Source: Thermoplasmatota archaeon
GTDB taxonomy: Archaea > Thermoplasmatota > Thermoplasmata > UBA10834
Length of the DNA: 64,000 bases
Direction of reading: 5' to 3'
Assembly (NCBI GenBank): GCA_040751795.1
Contig: JBFMHR010000004.1
Span: 32,001-96,000 of the forward strand
Shown here: positions 1 through 9,919 of the stretch, one piece after another
Position numbering within the stretch: position 1 is the stretch's first letter
How the letters are laid out: the number at the start of each line of letters is the position of its first letter
The notes under the pieces: generated by a model
Told to the model about the DNA's origin: nothing
Database searches by the model: none
The model's input: the letters and a program-made list of their open reading frames with translations, nothing else
Position numbers and translations under genes: made by a program

Positions 1-1675
1 CCTCGGGCCTGGGCGCGACCGCGCTGACCTGGCCGCCGGCGAAGGCCTTGCCCCCGCCGTCGCGGGTCCTCACCAGCACCACCCCGAACTCCTCGTTCGG
101 GACCACGTCCCCGATGGTCTTGAGCACCTCGGAGGTCTGCGGCAGCGGCCTCGCCTCGGGGAGCGCGATGACCGCGTCCACGGAGTAGCCCCCGGCGGTG
201 CACGGGCTCACGCCCTTGATCACCCTGAGCGCCAGGGAGTCGGCCCTCTTCGGGGAGACCTTCATCCCGAGCCTGTCGGCGAGCTCCTTCATCTTCGGAG
301 GCAGCTCCTTCCACCGCCAGAACCCGTAGGACACGAACTCCTTCGGGAGGGAGTTCTCCTCGGCCCACGCGGCCAGCTTGGCCTGCCACGCCCTCGAGAG
401 CTCAGGGCTGATTCGGGCCATCTCCTCGCTCTCGCTCGCGAGCGAGGAGGGGCACATCCAGCACCCGACCCTCTCGATGTCCTCGTCGTAGAGCGGGTTG
501 TACGGGAGCTTCGCCGAGATGATGTGGAGCCACACGTCCAGCGCGGTCCAGTCCCTGATCGGGTTGACTATGACCTGTCCAGGGACGAAGGGGTTCTCCT
601 CGATGAGGCCTATGCCGGCCCTCGAGAAGGACTCGAGCCTCCGGTTGCCCTCGACCGTGAGGGTGCCCTCCGGGAACCTCTCCTCGATGAGCTTCGCCGC
701 GGGCGCCAGCTTGCAGACCTTGCAGCACCACCTGAAGTCCTTCGCGGGGGGCCCGAAGGCAGGCATGTTCTCGTCGAAGGCGTCCTCGGCCCGGGCGGTC
801 AGGAGCCGGAGCCCCTGCGACTCCGCGAATGTCTTGACGTACTCCCGGGTGCTGGGGTGCTCCAGCCCCGTGTCGATGAACAGCGTCGCGAAGTCGCCGG
901 TGACGGATCTGGCGAGGTCCAGGACGACGAGGCTGTCCTTTCCGCCGCTGAAGGAGACCGTGAGGGGCAGCGGGTGCTCCTCCATCGCGTGCCTGATCTC
1001 GTGCTCGGCCTTCGCCCTCTTGGCGGCCACGTAGTGCTGGTTCGCCCGCACCACGGCCTTCGTCCACACCCTCTTGCCGAGGACGAGCGGGTCGGCCCTC
1101 GCGAACTCGCGGACCTTTATCCCCTTGTCCGAGGAGCGCAGCTGCGCCGCGTCCACCTTGGCGGCGCCGCAGCCTATGAACCTGCCCATCCTGAGGACGA
1201 CCTCGTCGCCGGCGCGTATCCCGGGGTCGAACGACTCTACCGTGTCGGGGGCGACGTGCTTCCCCTTCATGTGCCCCTCGGCCCTGCTTAGCACCACTGT
1301 CTTCTTGGAGTCCATGGCGGCGAGCATCCTCGCGCCCTCGAGCCTGAGGGTGAACCTGTAGTCGCGTGCCTCGAGGTCGTACCAGAGCTTCGCGACCCTG
1401 TGCCCGTCTATGATGACCTCCTCCGCCCGGTCCTCCCCGGAGGTCTTGTTGAGGAGGACGACCTCGGGGACCAGCTGCTGGACGCCGAAGTGCCTCAGGA
1501 AGAGGTACCTCAGCCTGCGCTTCGACCCTTCGAGCGCGATCCTTACCTCGCCGGGCGGGAGGAGCTCCACCTGCCTCGTCCCGCCGCCGCACTTGCCGCA
1601 GCTCCTCCCTATGACGGGGACGTTGCAGGCGTCGCACCAGAACAGCTCCGTCTGGACCTCGTGGCCGTGCTGCAT
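1..1675 (-). CDS. PAPS-reductase-family protein (N-terminal Cys cluster, probable PUA-like region); 3' end runs off the window
   Basis: Not in the ORF track because it has no stop in the window. Manual translation from ATG 1675 gives MQHGHEVQTELFWCDACNVPVIGRSCGKCGG..., then the PP-loop SFSGGKDS, RWCCKVCK and RVGCWMCP. Confidence 0.8.
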   Translation of the reverse strand, partial: MQHGHEVQTELFWCDACNVPVIGRSCGKCGGGTRQVELLPPGEVRIALEGSKRRLRYLFLRHFGVQQLVPEVVLLNKTSGEDRAEEVIIDGHRVAKLWYDLEARDYRFTLRLEGARMLAAMDSKKTVVLSRAEGHMKGKHVAPDTVESFDPGIRAGDEVVLRMGRFIGCGAAKVDAAQLRSSDKGIKVREFARADPLVLGKRVWTKAVVRANQHYVAAKRAKAEHEIRHAMEEHPLPLTVSFSGGKDSLVVLDLARSVTGDFATLFIDTGLEHPSTREYVKTFAESQGLRLLTARAEDAFDENMPAFGPPAKDFRWCCKVCKLAPAAKLIEERFPEGTLTVEGNRRLESFSRAGIGLIEENPFVPGQVIVNPIRDWTALDVWLHIISAKLPYNPLYDEDIERVGCWMCPSSLASESEEMARISPELSRAWQAKLAAWAEENSLPKEFVSYGFWRWKELPPKMKELADRLGMKVSPKRADSLALRVIKGVSPCTAGGYSVDAVIALPEARPLPQTSEVLKTIGDVVPNEEFGVVLVRTRDGGGKAFAGGQVSAVAPRPE

Positions 1676-1767
1676 GACGGGCCGTGCTATGACGGAGGCC
1701 TGTAATTAAGCTGTGCGCCCGCGCGCGGGCGGAACGTATAACTATCGCTTAGCGGCCATCGGGTTGC

Positions 1768-2442
1768 ATGTCCTGGGGCAGTGACCCGGAGCGCGAGGTC
1801 GTCGGGCCGAGCTACACCTACAGCTATTCGGTGTCGCCCTACGGTCCGGCCGCCCCGAGGAGGCAGGGCTTCTTCGGGAGGACCGAGGTCATCCACATAG
1901 CCATCGCCGTCGCCGTCCTCACCGCGGCCTTCACCTTGATCATGTGGGACGGCTCCTCGGACACCCTGCTCTGGTCACTTGCCGTCGCCGCCCCGACGGT
2001 CGTCCTGGGCTTCTTCCTGCACGAGATGGCCCACAAGTACATGGCGAGGAGGTACGGGTGCTGGGCCGAGTTCAGGGCCTACAACATGGGGCTCTTCCTG
2101 GCGCTGGCCATGTCGTTCTTCGGCTTCCTATTCGCGGCGCCTGGGGCCGTGTACATCGCGGGGAGCATAACCAGGGAGCAGAACGGGAGGATCAGCCTCG
2201 CGGGGCCCGCGACCAACCTCGTCATCGCCATGGCCTGCCTGCCCTTCGCCTTCAGCGACGCCCTCCCCTCGGCGGCGGAGGACATGGCCTTCAGCCTGTT
2301 GTTCTTCAACTCGTTCCTGGCCGTGTTCAACCTGGTGCCGGTGGCCCCGCTGGACGGTTCGAAGGTGTGGGCGTGGAACAAGCCGGTCTACGTGGCATCC
2401 ATGGCCATGGCCGTCTCACTGCTCGTCCTTGCATGGCTCTGA
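1768..2442 (+). CDS. Site-2 protease family (M50) membrane Zn metalloprotease
   Basis: HEMAH (HExxH), AGPATN and NLVPVAPLDG motifs; multiple hydrophobic segments. Confidence 0.9.
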   Translation: MSWGSDPEREVVGPSYTYSYSVSPYGPAAPRRQGFFGRTEVIHIAIAVAVLTAAFTLIMWDGSSDTLLWSLAVAAPTVVLGFFLHEMAHKYMARRYGCWAEFRAYNMGLFLALAMSFFGFLFAAPGAVYIAGSITREQNGRISLAGPATNLVIAMACLPFAFSDALPSAAEDMAFSLLFFNSFLAVFNLVPVAPLDGSKVWAWNKPVYVASMAMAVSLLVLAWL

Positions 2443-3894
2443 GCCGGGGCACGCGGGGGCGCACTTCTCGTCCAGGAACGCGGGGTACCTCAGCTCGTAG
2501 ATGATGCTGCCCTCCCAGTCGAAGATCTTCCCGGGGTTCATGATGTTCTTCGGGTCGAGCGCCTTCTTGATCGCCTTCATGGCGCCTATCGAGTCGGCGC
2601 GCTCCTTCTTCATGTACGGGGCCTTGGTGATCGACACGCCGTGCTCGCCCGTGACGGTCCCGCCGAGCTCCAGGACCTTGTCGTAGATCTCGCCGACCGC
2701 CTGCTCCCCGGCCTTCCAGCTCTCCTTGGAGTAGGGCTCCACGAGCATCTTGGTGTGCAGGTTGCCGTCGGCCGAGTGGCCGTAGGTTCCCACGATGACG
2801 CCGTGCTTCTTGGCGATGCCCTGGAAGGCGACGACCGCCTCGGGGATCTTGGATATGGGGACGGACATGTCGTCCGCGAGCGCGACGGACACGAACTTCT
2901 CGCCGTACCTGCTCAGCGAGGGCATGATGGCCTTCCTCGCGAAGGTCCACTCGTCTATCCTCTTCTTGTCCCTTGACTTCTCGGTCGAGACGGCGCCGCT
3001 CTGCCGGCAGATCTCCTCGACCGTGGCCATCTCCTCCTCCACCGCGAGCGGGTGCCCGTCCACCTCGATCATGCAGAGGGCCTCGCAGTCGGGCAGGCCG
3101 ATGCCCATGCACTTGTTGACGGCCTTGATGCAGACGGAGTCCATGAGCTCTATCGCCGAGGGCAGGAGCGGCTTCGCGATGATGTTGGAGACGCACTGCC
3201 CGGCGTCCTTCAGCGAGTCGAACGCGGCGACCGTCATGCCCGACGCCTTCGGCTTCACGGTGTACCTCATGGTGATCTCGGTGATGACCCCGAGGGTGCC
3301 CTCGCTGCCGACCATGAGCCGGTCGAGCTGGTACCCCGAGGAGTTCTTGAGCGTCCGGGTCCCGGTGTGGATGATCTCGCCGGTGGGCAGGACGACCTCT
3401 AGGCCCAGCACGTAGTCCCTGGTGGCGCCGTACTTGATGGCCCTCATCCCGGAGGCGTTCGTGGCGACCATGCCGCCAATGGTGCAGGCCTCGCCGCTGC
3501 CCGGGGTGGCGGGGAACCAGAATCCCCTCTTGCCCAGCTCCGCGTTGAGCTTGTCGTATATGACGCCCGGCTCCACGACGCAGTACAGGTCCTCGACGCT
3601 GATCTTCCTGATCCTGTTCATGTGGGTCATGTCGAGTATGATGCCGCCCTTGACGGGGACGGTGTGGCCGCACATCGCCGTTCCCGCGCCCCTCGGTATG
3701 ATGGGGGTCTTGGTCCGGTTGGCGAGCTTGACTATCTCGGAGACCTCCAGTGCGCTCGCGGGCTTGACGACTGCGTCGGGGGTCACGTGGTGTATGGAGG
3801 CGTCGAAGCCGTAGACGTAGAGGTCCGCCGCCTTGGTGGACATGCGCTCCTTCCCCACGATCTTCTCCAGCTCCTCTACGACCATCCGCCTCAT
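2416..3894 (-). CDS. glcD: FAD-linked oxidase, GlcD / D-lactate dehydrogenase family
   Basis: PRGAGT, TIGGMVATNASG, GSEGTLGVITE, GHSADGNLH, GEHG and NPGK motifs. Confidence 0.85.
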   Translation of the reverse strand: MRRMVVEELEKIVGKERMSTKAADLYVYGFDASIHHVTPDAVVKPASALEVSEIVKLANRTKTPIIPRGAGTAMCGHTVPVKGGIILDMTHMNRIRKISVEDLYCVVEPGVIYDKLNAELGKRGFWFPATPGSGEACTIGGMVATNASGMRAIKYGATRDYVLGLEVVLPTGEIIHTGTRTLKNSSGYQLDRLMVGSEGTLGVITEITMRYTVKPKASGMTVAAFDSLKDAGQCVSNIIAKPLLPSAIELMDSVCIKAVNKCMGIGLPDCEALCMIEVDGHPLAVEEEMATVEEICRQSGAVSTEKSRDKKRIDEWTFARKAIMPSLSRYGEKFVSVALADDMSVPISKIPEAVVAFQGIAKKHGVIVGTYGHSADGNLHTKMLVEPYSKESWKAGEQAVGEIYDKVLELGGTVTGEHGVSITKAPYMKKERADSIGAMKAIKKALDPKNIMNPGKIFDWEGSIIYELRYPAFLDEKCAPACPGSEPCKDEQ

Positions 3895-4016
3895 GTGGAC
3901 CGGATGGTCAAGCGTCCCGCCCGGATAAAATCATTGTCACAGACCAGGGCGGTGCCCTCCTCGGGCGCGGGTCAGGAAACGATAAGTACGTCTTGACGGA
4001 TGCTTCGCCCGGTACA

Positions 4017-4658
4017 ATGCTGAAGCTGATAATCTTCGGCCCGCCGAGCGCGGGCAAGGGCACCCAGGCCCAGAGGCTCTCGAAGGAGTACGGTCTGCCG
4101 CAGGTCTCCACCGGGGACCTGCTCAGGGAGGCCGTGGCGAAGAAGACCCCCCTCGGAGTGAAGATCAAGTCCTACCTGGACACGGGCAAGCTCGGCCCGG
4201 ACGACCTCATAGTGCAGCTCATCAAGGAGCGCGTGTCGAAGCCGGACTGCGCGAAGGGCTACCTCCTGGACGGCTTCCCCAGGACCATGGGGCAGGCCAA
4301 GGAGCTCGACAAGATGACGGACATCGACCTCGTCCTGAACATAGTGGTGGACCACGAGTCCCTGGTCGAGCGCGCCGTGGGCCGCAGGATATGCATGAAG
4401 TGCAACTCGGTCTACAACGTCGCGTCCAACCCCCCGAAGAGGGCGGGCGTCTGCGACAAGTGCGGCTCGGAGCTCATCCAGAGGGACGACGACAAGGAGG
4501 CGACCGTCCGGAACAGGCTCAAGGTCTACCAGGAGCAGACCGCCCCGCTCATAGAGCACTTCAGGAGGAAGGGCAACATCGTCGACATCGACGGGTCGAA
4601 GGGCATCGACGGCGTCTACTCGCAGATGACGGCCGCGATAAGGAAGCTCGGCAGGTGA
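4017..4658 (+). CDS. adk: Adenylate kinase, bacterial-type long form with Zn-LID
   Basis: GPPSAGKGTQA P-loop, STGDLLR, LDGFPR, LID CMKC...CDKC, RDDD. Confidence 0.93.
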   Translation: MLKLIIFGPPSAGKGTQAQRLSKEYGLPQVSTGDLLREAVAKKTPLGVKIKSYLDTGKLGPDDLIVQLIKERVSKPDCAKGYLLDGFPRTMGQAKELDKMTDIDLVLNIVVDHESLVERAVGRRICMKCNSVYNVASNPPKRAGVCDKCGSELIQRDDDKEATVRNRLKVYQEQTAPLIEHFRRKGNIVDIDGSKGIDGVYSQMTAAIRKLGR

Positions 4659-4696
4659 CCCAGGCCCGCGGGCCCGGGCGCCGTGCTTTCTAACTT

Positions 4697-4704
4697 CTTA
4701 TATA
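4697..4704 (+). promoter_or_regulatory. TATA-like box upstream of tRNA-Gln
   Basis: cttatata about 30 nt before the tRNA 5' end, in a GC-rich background. Confidence 0.5.
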
Positions 4705-4734
4705 CAGGGAGCGGAATAGCGCCACTTACAGCGA

Positions 4735-4829
4735 AGCCCCGTAGTGTAGTGGTCAATCATGCGGGACTCTGGATTGCACATCCTGCAAGGAGAGATCCTG
4801 CGACGGAGGTTCGAATCCTCCCGGGGCTA
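4735..4829 (+). tRNA. tRNA-Gln(CTG) with 22-nt canonical intron at 37/38 (4773-4794)
   Basis: Acceptor AGCCCCG/CGGGGCT; anticodon stem CGGGA/TCCTG; anticodon CTG at 4769-4771; T-arm GGAGG-TTCGAAT-CCTCC. Bulge-helix-bulge: CTCT/GGAG central helix, GGA and AGA bulges, TTGCA/TGCAA intron stem. Confidence 0.95.
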
Positions 4830-4831
4830 CC

Positions 4832-5038
4832 TCACCTCTTACCGTGCGAGCCCCGGTACTCGTTCGCCCTGAAGAAGTCGAGCATCTCCGGGTCCCTCTC
4901 GAGCGTCTCCTTCCACCACGCGGCCCTTATCTTGGGGTTGAGCTTCGAGGCCGCGGCGACGTACTGCTTGAACCTGTCCTGCGCCGTGTCGACCACTCCG
5001 AAGTCGTCCAGGCGCGTCATCCCATCCCTGTCCTTCAT
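4832..5038 (-). CDS. Small hypothetical protein (68 aa)
   Basis: ATG preceded by a GGGAG SD-like motif; protein-like composition; fills the gap between rnhA and the tRNA. Confidence 0.55.
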   Translation of the reverse strand: MKDRDGMTRLDDFGVVDTAQDRFKQYVAAASKLNPKIRAAWWKETLERDPEMLDFFRANEYRGSHGKR

Positions 5039-5070
5039 GACGCTCCCGTGTCAGTAATGCGTTCGGTGAT

Positions 5071-5493
5071 TTAGAAACCTTGCCTGTCGAGTTCGGCGTT
5101 GACCAACGCGTCGACGAGCTGGATCCGCTCGTCCTCCCTCGGGAGGTTCACCAGCCTGAAGCTCCGGAACCCGGCCGCCTCGGCCCTGACCCTGTCCACG
5201 AGCGGCCTGAGGTGCTCCTTCCTCACCTGGTAGACCCCGTTCACCTGCCGCACCATGAGCTCGCTGTCCGAGTGGAACCTCACGTCCCCGCTTGTGATGG
5301 CCTTGGCCCGCTGGATCGCCCATATCAGGGCCTCATACTCCGCCTCGTTGTTGGTCCGCCTGCCCAAGGCCTTCGCACCCTTCTCGACCAGCCTGCCGTC
5401 CGGGCCGAAGATCGCGAACCCCGCCCCCGCGGGCCCAGGGTTCCCCCTCGCCGCCCCATCGGTGTACACTAGAAGTTCCGCGCGCGCCGGCAG
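5071..5493 (-). CDS. rnhA: Ribonuclease HI (start uncertain: CTG 5493 or GTG 5469)
   Basis: YTDGAARGNPGPAGAG, TNNEAEY and SDSELMV motifs. Confidence 0.88.
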   Translation of the reverse strand: MPARAELLVYTDGAARGNPGPAGAGFAIFGPDGRLVEKGAKALGRRTNNEAEYEALIWAIQRAKAITSGDVRFHSDSELMVRQVNGVYQVRKEHLRPLVDRVRAEAAGFRSFRLVNLPREDERIQLVDALVNAELDRQGF

Positions 5494-5613
5494 AGCCCAT
5501 CACCCGCTGTTCGGCGAGCGTATGGCTGGGGCGTACTAAGAACCTGCGTCCGCTCCCCCCGACCATAAATAGAAATACGCACGGCCGTTTCATTCCGTCG
5601 GGGGAGCAGGGCA

Positions 5614-8241
5614 GTGGGAAGAGCGGCCACGCCGATGATGGAGCAGTACTTCCGGATCAAGGAGCAGCACAGGGACTGCCTCCTCTTCTTCCGCCTCGGA
5701 GACTTCTACGAGATGTTCGGCGAGGACGCCGTCGTCGGCTCCAAGGAGCTGGAGATCACCCTCACCTCCAGGGACAAGGGGAAGAAGGAGAGGATCCCGC
5801 TCTGCGGCGTCCCGTGGCACGCGCTGGACTCCTACCTCCCCAAGCTCCTGAGCAAGGGCTACAAGGTCGCCATATGCGAGCAGATGCAGGACCCGAGGTA
5901 CGCGAAGGGCATAGTCGACCGGGACGTCGTCAGGATAGTGACGCCGGGCACGGTCATCGAGGGCGCGGTCCTCGACAGCAGGTCGAACAACTACCTGATG
6001 TCCATCGCACGCTCCGGGGACAGGTTCGGCCTGGCCTTCGCGGACATATCCACGGGGGAGTTCCTCACCACGGAGATAGGGCCCGACCAGCCCGGGTCCA
6101 GGGTCCTGACCGAGTTCGCCCAGAGGTCCCCGAAGGAGGTCCTGCACGCCGAGGGCCTGAGCGGCGACGGCCTGTTGGACGAGATGTCCGCGGCCGGCGC
6201 GGCGATGACCAGGCTCGACGACACGGCCTTCCTGGAGGAGGCCTCCGAGTCGCTGATCAAGCGCCACTTCGGCGTCAAGTCGCTGGAGGGGCTCGGCCTC
6301 GCGGACAAGCCCCTCGCGGTCTCCAGCGCTGGTGCCGTTCTCCGCTACCTCGAGTCCACGCAGAAGCGGAGCCTCGAGTTCCTCGGCCGTCCGCGCTACT
6401 ATTCCACATCCGACAAGCTCGTCCTCGACCAGACCACCCTGAGGAACCTCGAGGTCCTTAGGAACGTGAGGGACGGGCGGCAGGAGGGGACCCTCGTCGA
6501 GGTCCTGGACCACACCCTCACGCCCATGGGCTCCCGCCTCCTGAAGTCGTGGCTCACCGAGCCGCTGATGGACGTCGACGCCATAGACCGCCGCCTGGAC
6601 GCCGTCGGCGAGTTCGTCTCCGACACGCTCGCGAGGAACGACGTCGCCTCCTCGCTCAAGGGCGCGAGGGACCTCGAGCGCCTCATATCCAGGGTCATGT
6701 ACGGCAGCGCGAACGCGAGGGACCTGCTCGCGGTGAAGGACTCCCTCGGCTCCGTCCCGGGGGTGAGGGAGGTGCTCTCCGCCGCGCGCTCTGAGCTCCT
6801 GAAGGAGCTCGCCTCGGGCATGAGGGACGTCGGCCACGTCGCGGACCTCATAGGCAGGGCCATCGCCCCGGACCCGCCCGTGGCGCTGAAGGAGGGAGGG
6901 CTCATCAGGGAGGGGTTCGACCCGGCCCTCGACTCGCTCCGCACCCAGGCCAGGGAGGGCAGGGAGTGGATCGCGTCGCTGGAGGAGAAGGAGAGGGAGA
7001 GGACGGGCATAAAGAACCTCAGGCTGGGGTTCAACAACGTCTTCGGCTACTACATCGAGGTCACCAAGGCGAACGCGAAGCGCGTCCCCCCGGACTACGA
7101 GAGGAAGCAGACCCTGACCACGGGCGAGAGGTACGTCACCCCCGAGCTGAAGGAGAAGGAGCAGTCGATACTCGCGTCGCAGGAGCGCTCCTGCGCGATG
7201 GAGTACGAGGCCTTCCTCAAGGTGAGGGACGAGGTCGCGCGGTCCGGGGCCGACATACGGGACACGGCCCGCGCCCTCGCCGCGGCGGACGTCCTCAGAT
7301 CCTTCGCCGAGGCGGCTGTCATGTACGGCTACTCCAGGCCGAAGGTCGACGGGTCGGACACGATACTCCTGAAGGATTCGAGGCACCCGGTGGTCGAGCG
7401 GTTCCTCCGCGGTTCGTTCGTCCCCAACGACGTCCACCTGGACACGAACCTCAACAGGCTCATCATACTCACGGGCCCGAACATGGCCGGCAAGTCCACC
7501 TACCTCAGGCAGATCGCGCAGGTCGTGGTCATGGCGCAGACGGGCTCCTTCGTCCCCGCGTCGGAGGCGACCTTGGGCATCGTGGACCGCGTGTTCACCA
7601 GGGTCGGCGCCTTCGACGACCTCGCGCGGGGACAGTCGACGTTCATGGTCGAGATGACGGAGCTGGCCAACATCCTCAACAGCGCCACGAGGCGGAGCCT
7701 CATACTCCTCGACGAGGTCGGCAGGGGGACGAGCACCTTCGACGGCCTCGCGATCGCGTGGGCCGTGTCGGAGCACCTCTACGACCATGACAAGGTCGGG
7801 GCCAAGACCCTCTTCGCTACGCACTACCACCAGCTCACGGAGCTCGCCGACTCGCTGGAGGGCGTCAAGAACTTCTCCATGTCCGTGAAGGAGCAGGGCC
7901 CGGAGGTCGTGTTCCTGAGGAAGGTCGTCCCCGGCAAGGCGAACAAGAGCTACGGGATACAGGTCGCGAGGCTCGCGGGGGTCCCCAACGAGGTGATAGG
8001 CCGCGCGGAGCAGGTCCTCAGCAGGATCGAGGAGGAGAACGTCCTCGAGGTGAAGGCGGGCAGGAAGGCGCACAGCCAGTCCCTGCTGGTTCCGCCGAGG
8101 GAGGAGGTGCCGCCGTCGGTGCTGGAGGAGCTCAGGTCGGTCGACCTGGGCTCGATGACGCCCATGGAGGCGTACGTCACGCTCAACGCGCTCAAGAAGA
8201 AGGCGGGTGGAAGGTCTGGGAAGGATAAGGGTACTCGATGA
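5614..8241 (+). CDS. mutS: DNA mismatch repair protein MutS
   Basis: TPMMEQY, GDFYEMF, TGPNMAGKST, STFMVEM, DEVGRGT, FATHY and SYGIQVA motifs. Confidence 0.97.
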   Translation: MGRAATPMMEQYFRIKEQHRDCLLFFRLGDFYEMFGEDAVVGSKELEITLTSRDKGKKERIPLCGVPWHALDSYLPKLLSKGYKVAICEQMQDPRYAKGIVDRDVVRIVTPGTVIEGAVLDSRSNNYLMSIARSGDRFGLAFADISTGEFLTTEIGPDQPGSRVLTEFAQRSPKEVLHAEGLSGDGLLDEMSAAGAAMTRLDDTAFLEEASESLIKRHFGVKSLEGLGLADKPLAVSSAGAVLRYLESTQKRSLEFLGRPRYYSTSDKLVLDQTTLRNLEVLRNVRDGRQEGTLVEVLDHTLTPMGSRLLKSWLTEPLMDVDAIDRRLDAVGEFVSDTLARNDVASSLKGARDLERLISRVMYGSANARDLLAVKDSLGSVPGVREVLSAARSELLKELASGMRDVGHVADLIGRAIAPDPPVALKEGGLIREGFDPALDSLRTQAREGREWIASLEEKERERTGIKNLRLGFNNVFGYYIEVTKANAKRVPPDYERKQTLTTGERYVTPELKEKEQSILASQERSCAMEYEAFLKVRDEVARSGADIRDTARALAAADVLRSFAEAAVMYGYSRPKVDGSDTILLKDSRHPVVERFLRGSFVPNDVHLDTNLNRLIILTGPNMAGKSTYLRQIAQVVVMAQTGSFVPASEATLGIVDRVFTRVGAFDDLARGQSTFMVEMTELANILNSATRRSLILLDEVGRGTSTFDGLAIAWAVSEHLYDHDKVGAKTLFATHYHQLTELADSLEGVKNFSMSVKEQGPEVVFLRKVVPGKANKSYGIQVARLAGVPNEVIGRAEQVLSRIEEENVLEVKAGRKAHSQSLLVPPREEVPPSVLEELRSVDLGSMTPMEAYVTLNALKKKAGGRSGKDKGTR

Positions 8242-9907
8242 CATCACCGTGAACAAGATCGCGGCGGGCGAGGTGGTGGAGAGGCCCGCGTCGATAGTCA
8301 AGGAGCTCGTGGAGAACTCACTTGACGCGGGCGCGGACTCGGTGCACGTGTCGGTCGTCGACGGGGGCAGGAGGTCGGTATCCGTCCGCGACGACGGGTG
8401 CGGGATGTCGGCCGAGGACGCGGTCACGGCCTTCGCCAGGCACGCGACGAGCAAGATCTCCTCGGTCGAGGACCTCAGGGCCCTGAGCTCATACGGCTTC
8501 CGGGGCGAGGCTCTGGCGTCCATCGCCGCGGTGTCGAAGGTCGTGCTCAGGACGAGGGAGCACGGCAGCGGCGAGGGCACCGAGGTCGAGGTGTGGGGCG
8601 GCAGGGTCGTGGCCCAGCGCCCGGTCGGCTGCCCTCCCGGGACGGAGGTCGTCGTGGAGGACCTCTTCTACAACGTGCCCGCGCGCAGGAAGTCCGTTCG
8701 GTCGAGGGCGACGGAGCTCGCCCACTGCAGGGACGTCGTCGTCGACTTCCTCCTCTGCCGTCCCGGGATGTCGTTCTCCTTCTCTTCCGACGACGAGCTG
8801 GAGCTCGTCCACTCGTCCGCAGAGGACATCGGAGGCTCCCTCTCCGCCGCCTTCGGGGACGCCGTGGCCGCGGGGATGGTCCGCGGCGAGGCCGACGGGG
8901 ACGGCGTCCGGGTCGAGGCGTTCCTCGGGAGGCTGGAGCACACCCGCTCGTCCCCCGTCGACCTCCGCCTGTTCGTGAACGACCGGCCGGTGAGGAGCCC
9001 GAGGGCGGTGTCCGCCGTGGTCAAGGGCTACGGCTCGAGGCTCATGAAGGACAGGTACCCTGTGGGCCTCGTCAGGGTGTTCGTCGACCCAGCCGCCGTG
9101 GATGTGAACGTGCACCCGACGAAGAGGGAGGTGCGCTTCGACGACGAGCACCTCGTCCTGGACGCGGTCGGGAGGTGCGTGGAGTCGGCGCTGAAGGGGC
9201 CGGACCTCACATACAGGTACGACCTCACCAAGTTCTCCCGGTCCTTCGAGCCGGAGGCGCCGGAAGCGGCCGCCGGCCACGTGGCCCGGGTGCAGTCCGT
9301 GCTGGAGGTCAAGGAGGACGAGGCCGGGGGCGAGAAGCCCCTGGTCGTGCCCCTCGCGCAGATCATGGACACGTACATACTCGCCGAGTCGCGGGGCAAC
9401 CTGCTGCTCATCGACCAGCACGCTGCCTCCGAGCGCGTGGTCTACGAGGGCGTCCTCCAGGCGATGCGGTCGGGGAGGGAGATATCCCAGCGCCTCCTGA
9501 CCCCGCTGGTGCTCAGACTCACCCCCTCCGAGGCGAAGGCCCTGGAGGAGAACAGGGAGCTCGTAGGGAGGGCGGGCTTCTCGGTGGAGCCGTTCGGCGG
9601 CGGCTCGTACGCTGTGAGGTCTATCCCGACCGTGCTCGGCGTCGCCCAGGGTGAGGGCGCGCTCAGGAACATACTCGGGGAGCTGGCCCAGATGCCGTCG
9701 CACAGGAGGCTGGGCCTCGACATCATATGGAGGGTCGCGTGCCACACAGCGATCAGGGCCGGCCAGACCCTCTCCAGCGGGCAGATGCGCCAGCTCGTCG
9801 CGGACCTGATGAGGACGGAGAGCCCCTACACGTGCGAGCACGGAAGGCCGACCGTGATAGTGCTCTCCCCCGCGGACCTCGAGAAGCTCTTCAAGAGGCG
9901 CCTGTGA
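8207..9907 (+). CDS. mutL: DNA mismatch repair endonuclease MutL
   Basis: IAAGEVVERP, KELVENSLDAG, GFRGEAL, DVNVHPTK, DQHAASER, ACH and CEHGRP motifs. Confidence 0.97.
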   Translation: MEGLGRIRVLDDITVNKIAAGEVVERPASIVKELVENSLDAGADSVHVSVVDGGRRSVSVRDDGCGMSAEDAVTAFARHATSKISSVEDLRALSSYGFRGEALASIAAVSKVVLRTREHGSGEGTEVEVWGGRVVAQRPVGCPPGTEVVVEDLFYNVPARRKSVRSRATELAHCRDVVVDFLLCRPGMSFSFSSDDELELVHSSAEDIGGSLSAAFGDAVAAGMVRGEADGDGVRVEAFLGRLEHTRSSPVDLRLFVNDRPVRSPRAVSAVVKGYGSRLMKDRYPVGLVRVFVDPAAVDVNVHPTKREVRFDDEHLVLDAVGRCVESALKGPDLTYRYDLTKFSRSFEPEAPEAAAGHVARVQSVLEVKEDEAGGEKPLVVPLAQIMDTYILAESRGNLLLIDQHAASERVVYEGVLQAMRSGREISQRLLTPLVLRLTPSEAKALEENRELVGRAGFSVEPFGGGSYAVRSIPTVLGVAQGEGALRNILGELAQMPSHRRLGLDIIWRVACHTAIRAGQTLSSGQMRQLVADLMRTESPYTCEHGRPTVIVLSPADLEKLFKRRL

Positions 9908-9919
9908 GCCGCGCCGTCC

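Noticed and set aside
402-1637. 411-aa Arg-rich ORF in the track, and many similar long overlapping ORFs (e.g. 5590-8580, 15124-17826, 23167-25491)
   Set aside because: These are shadow or alternative frames typical of high-GC DNA. They have low-complexity R/G/P composition and overlap genes with clear motifs in another frame.
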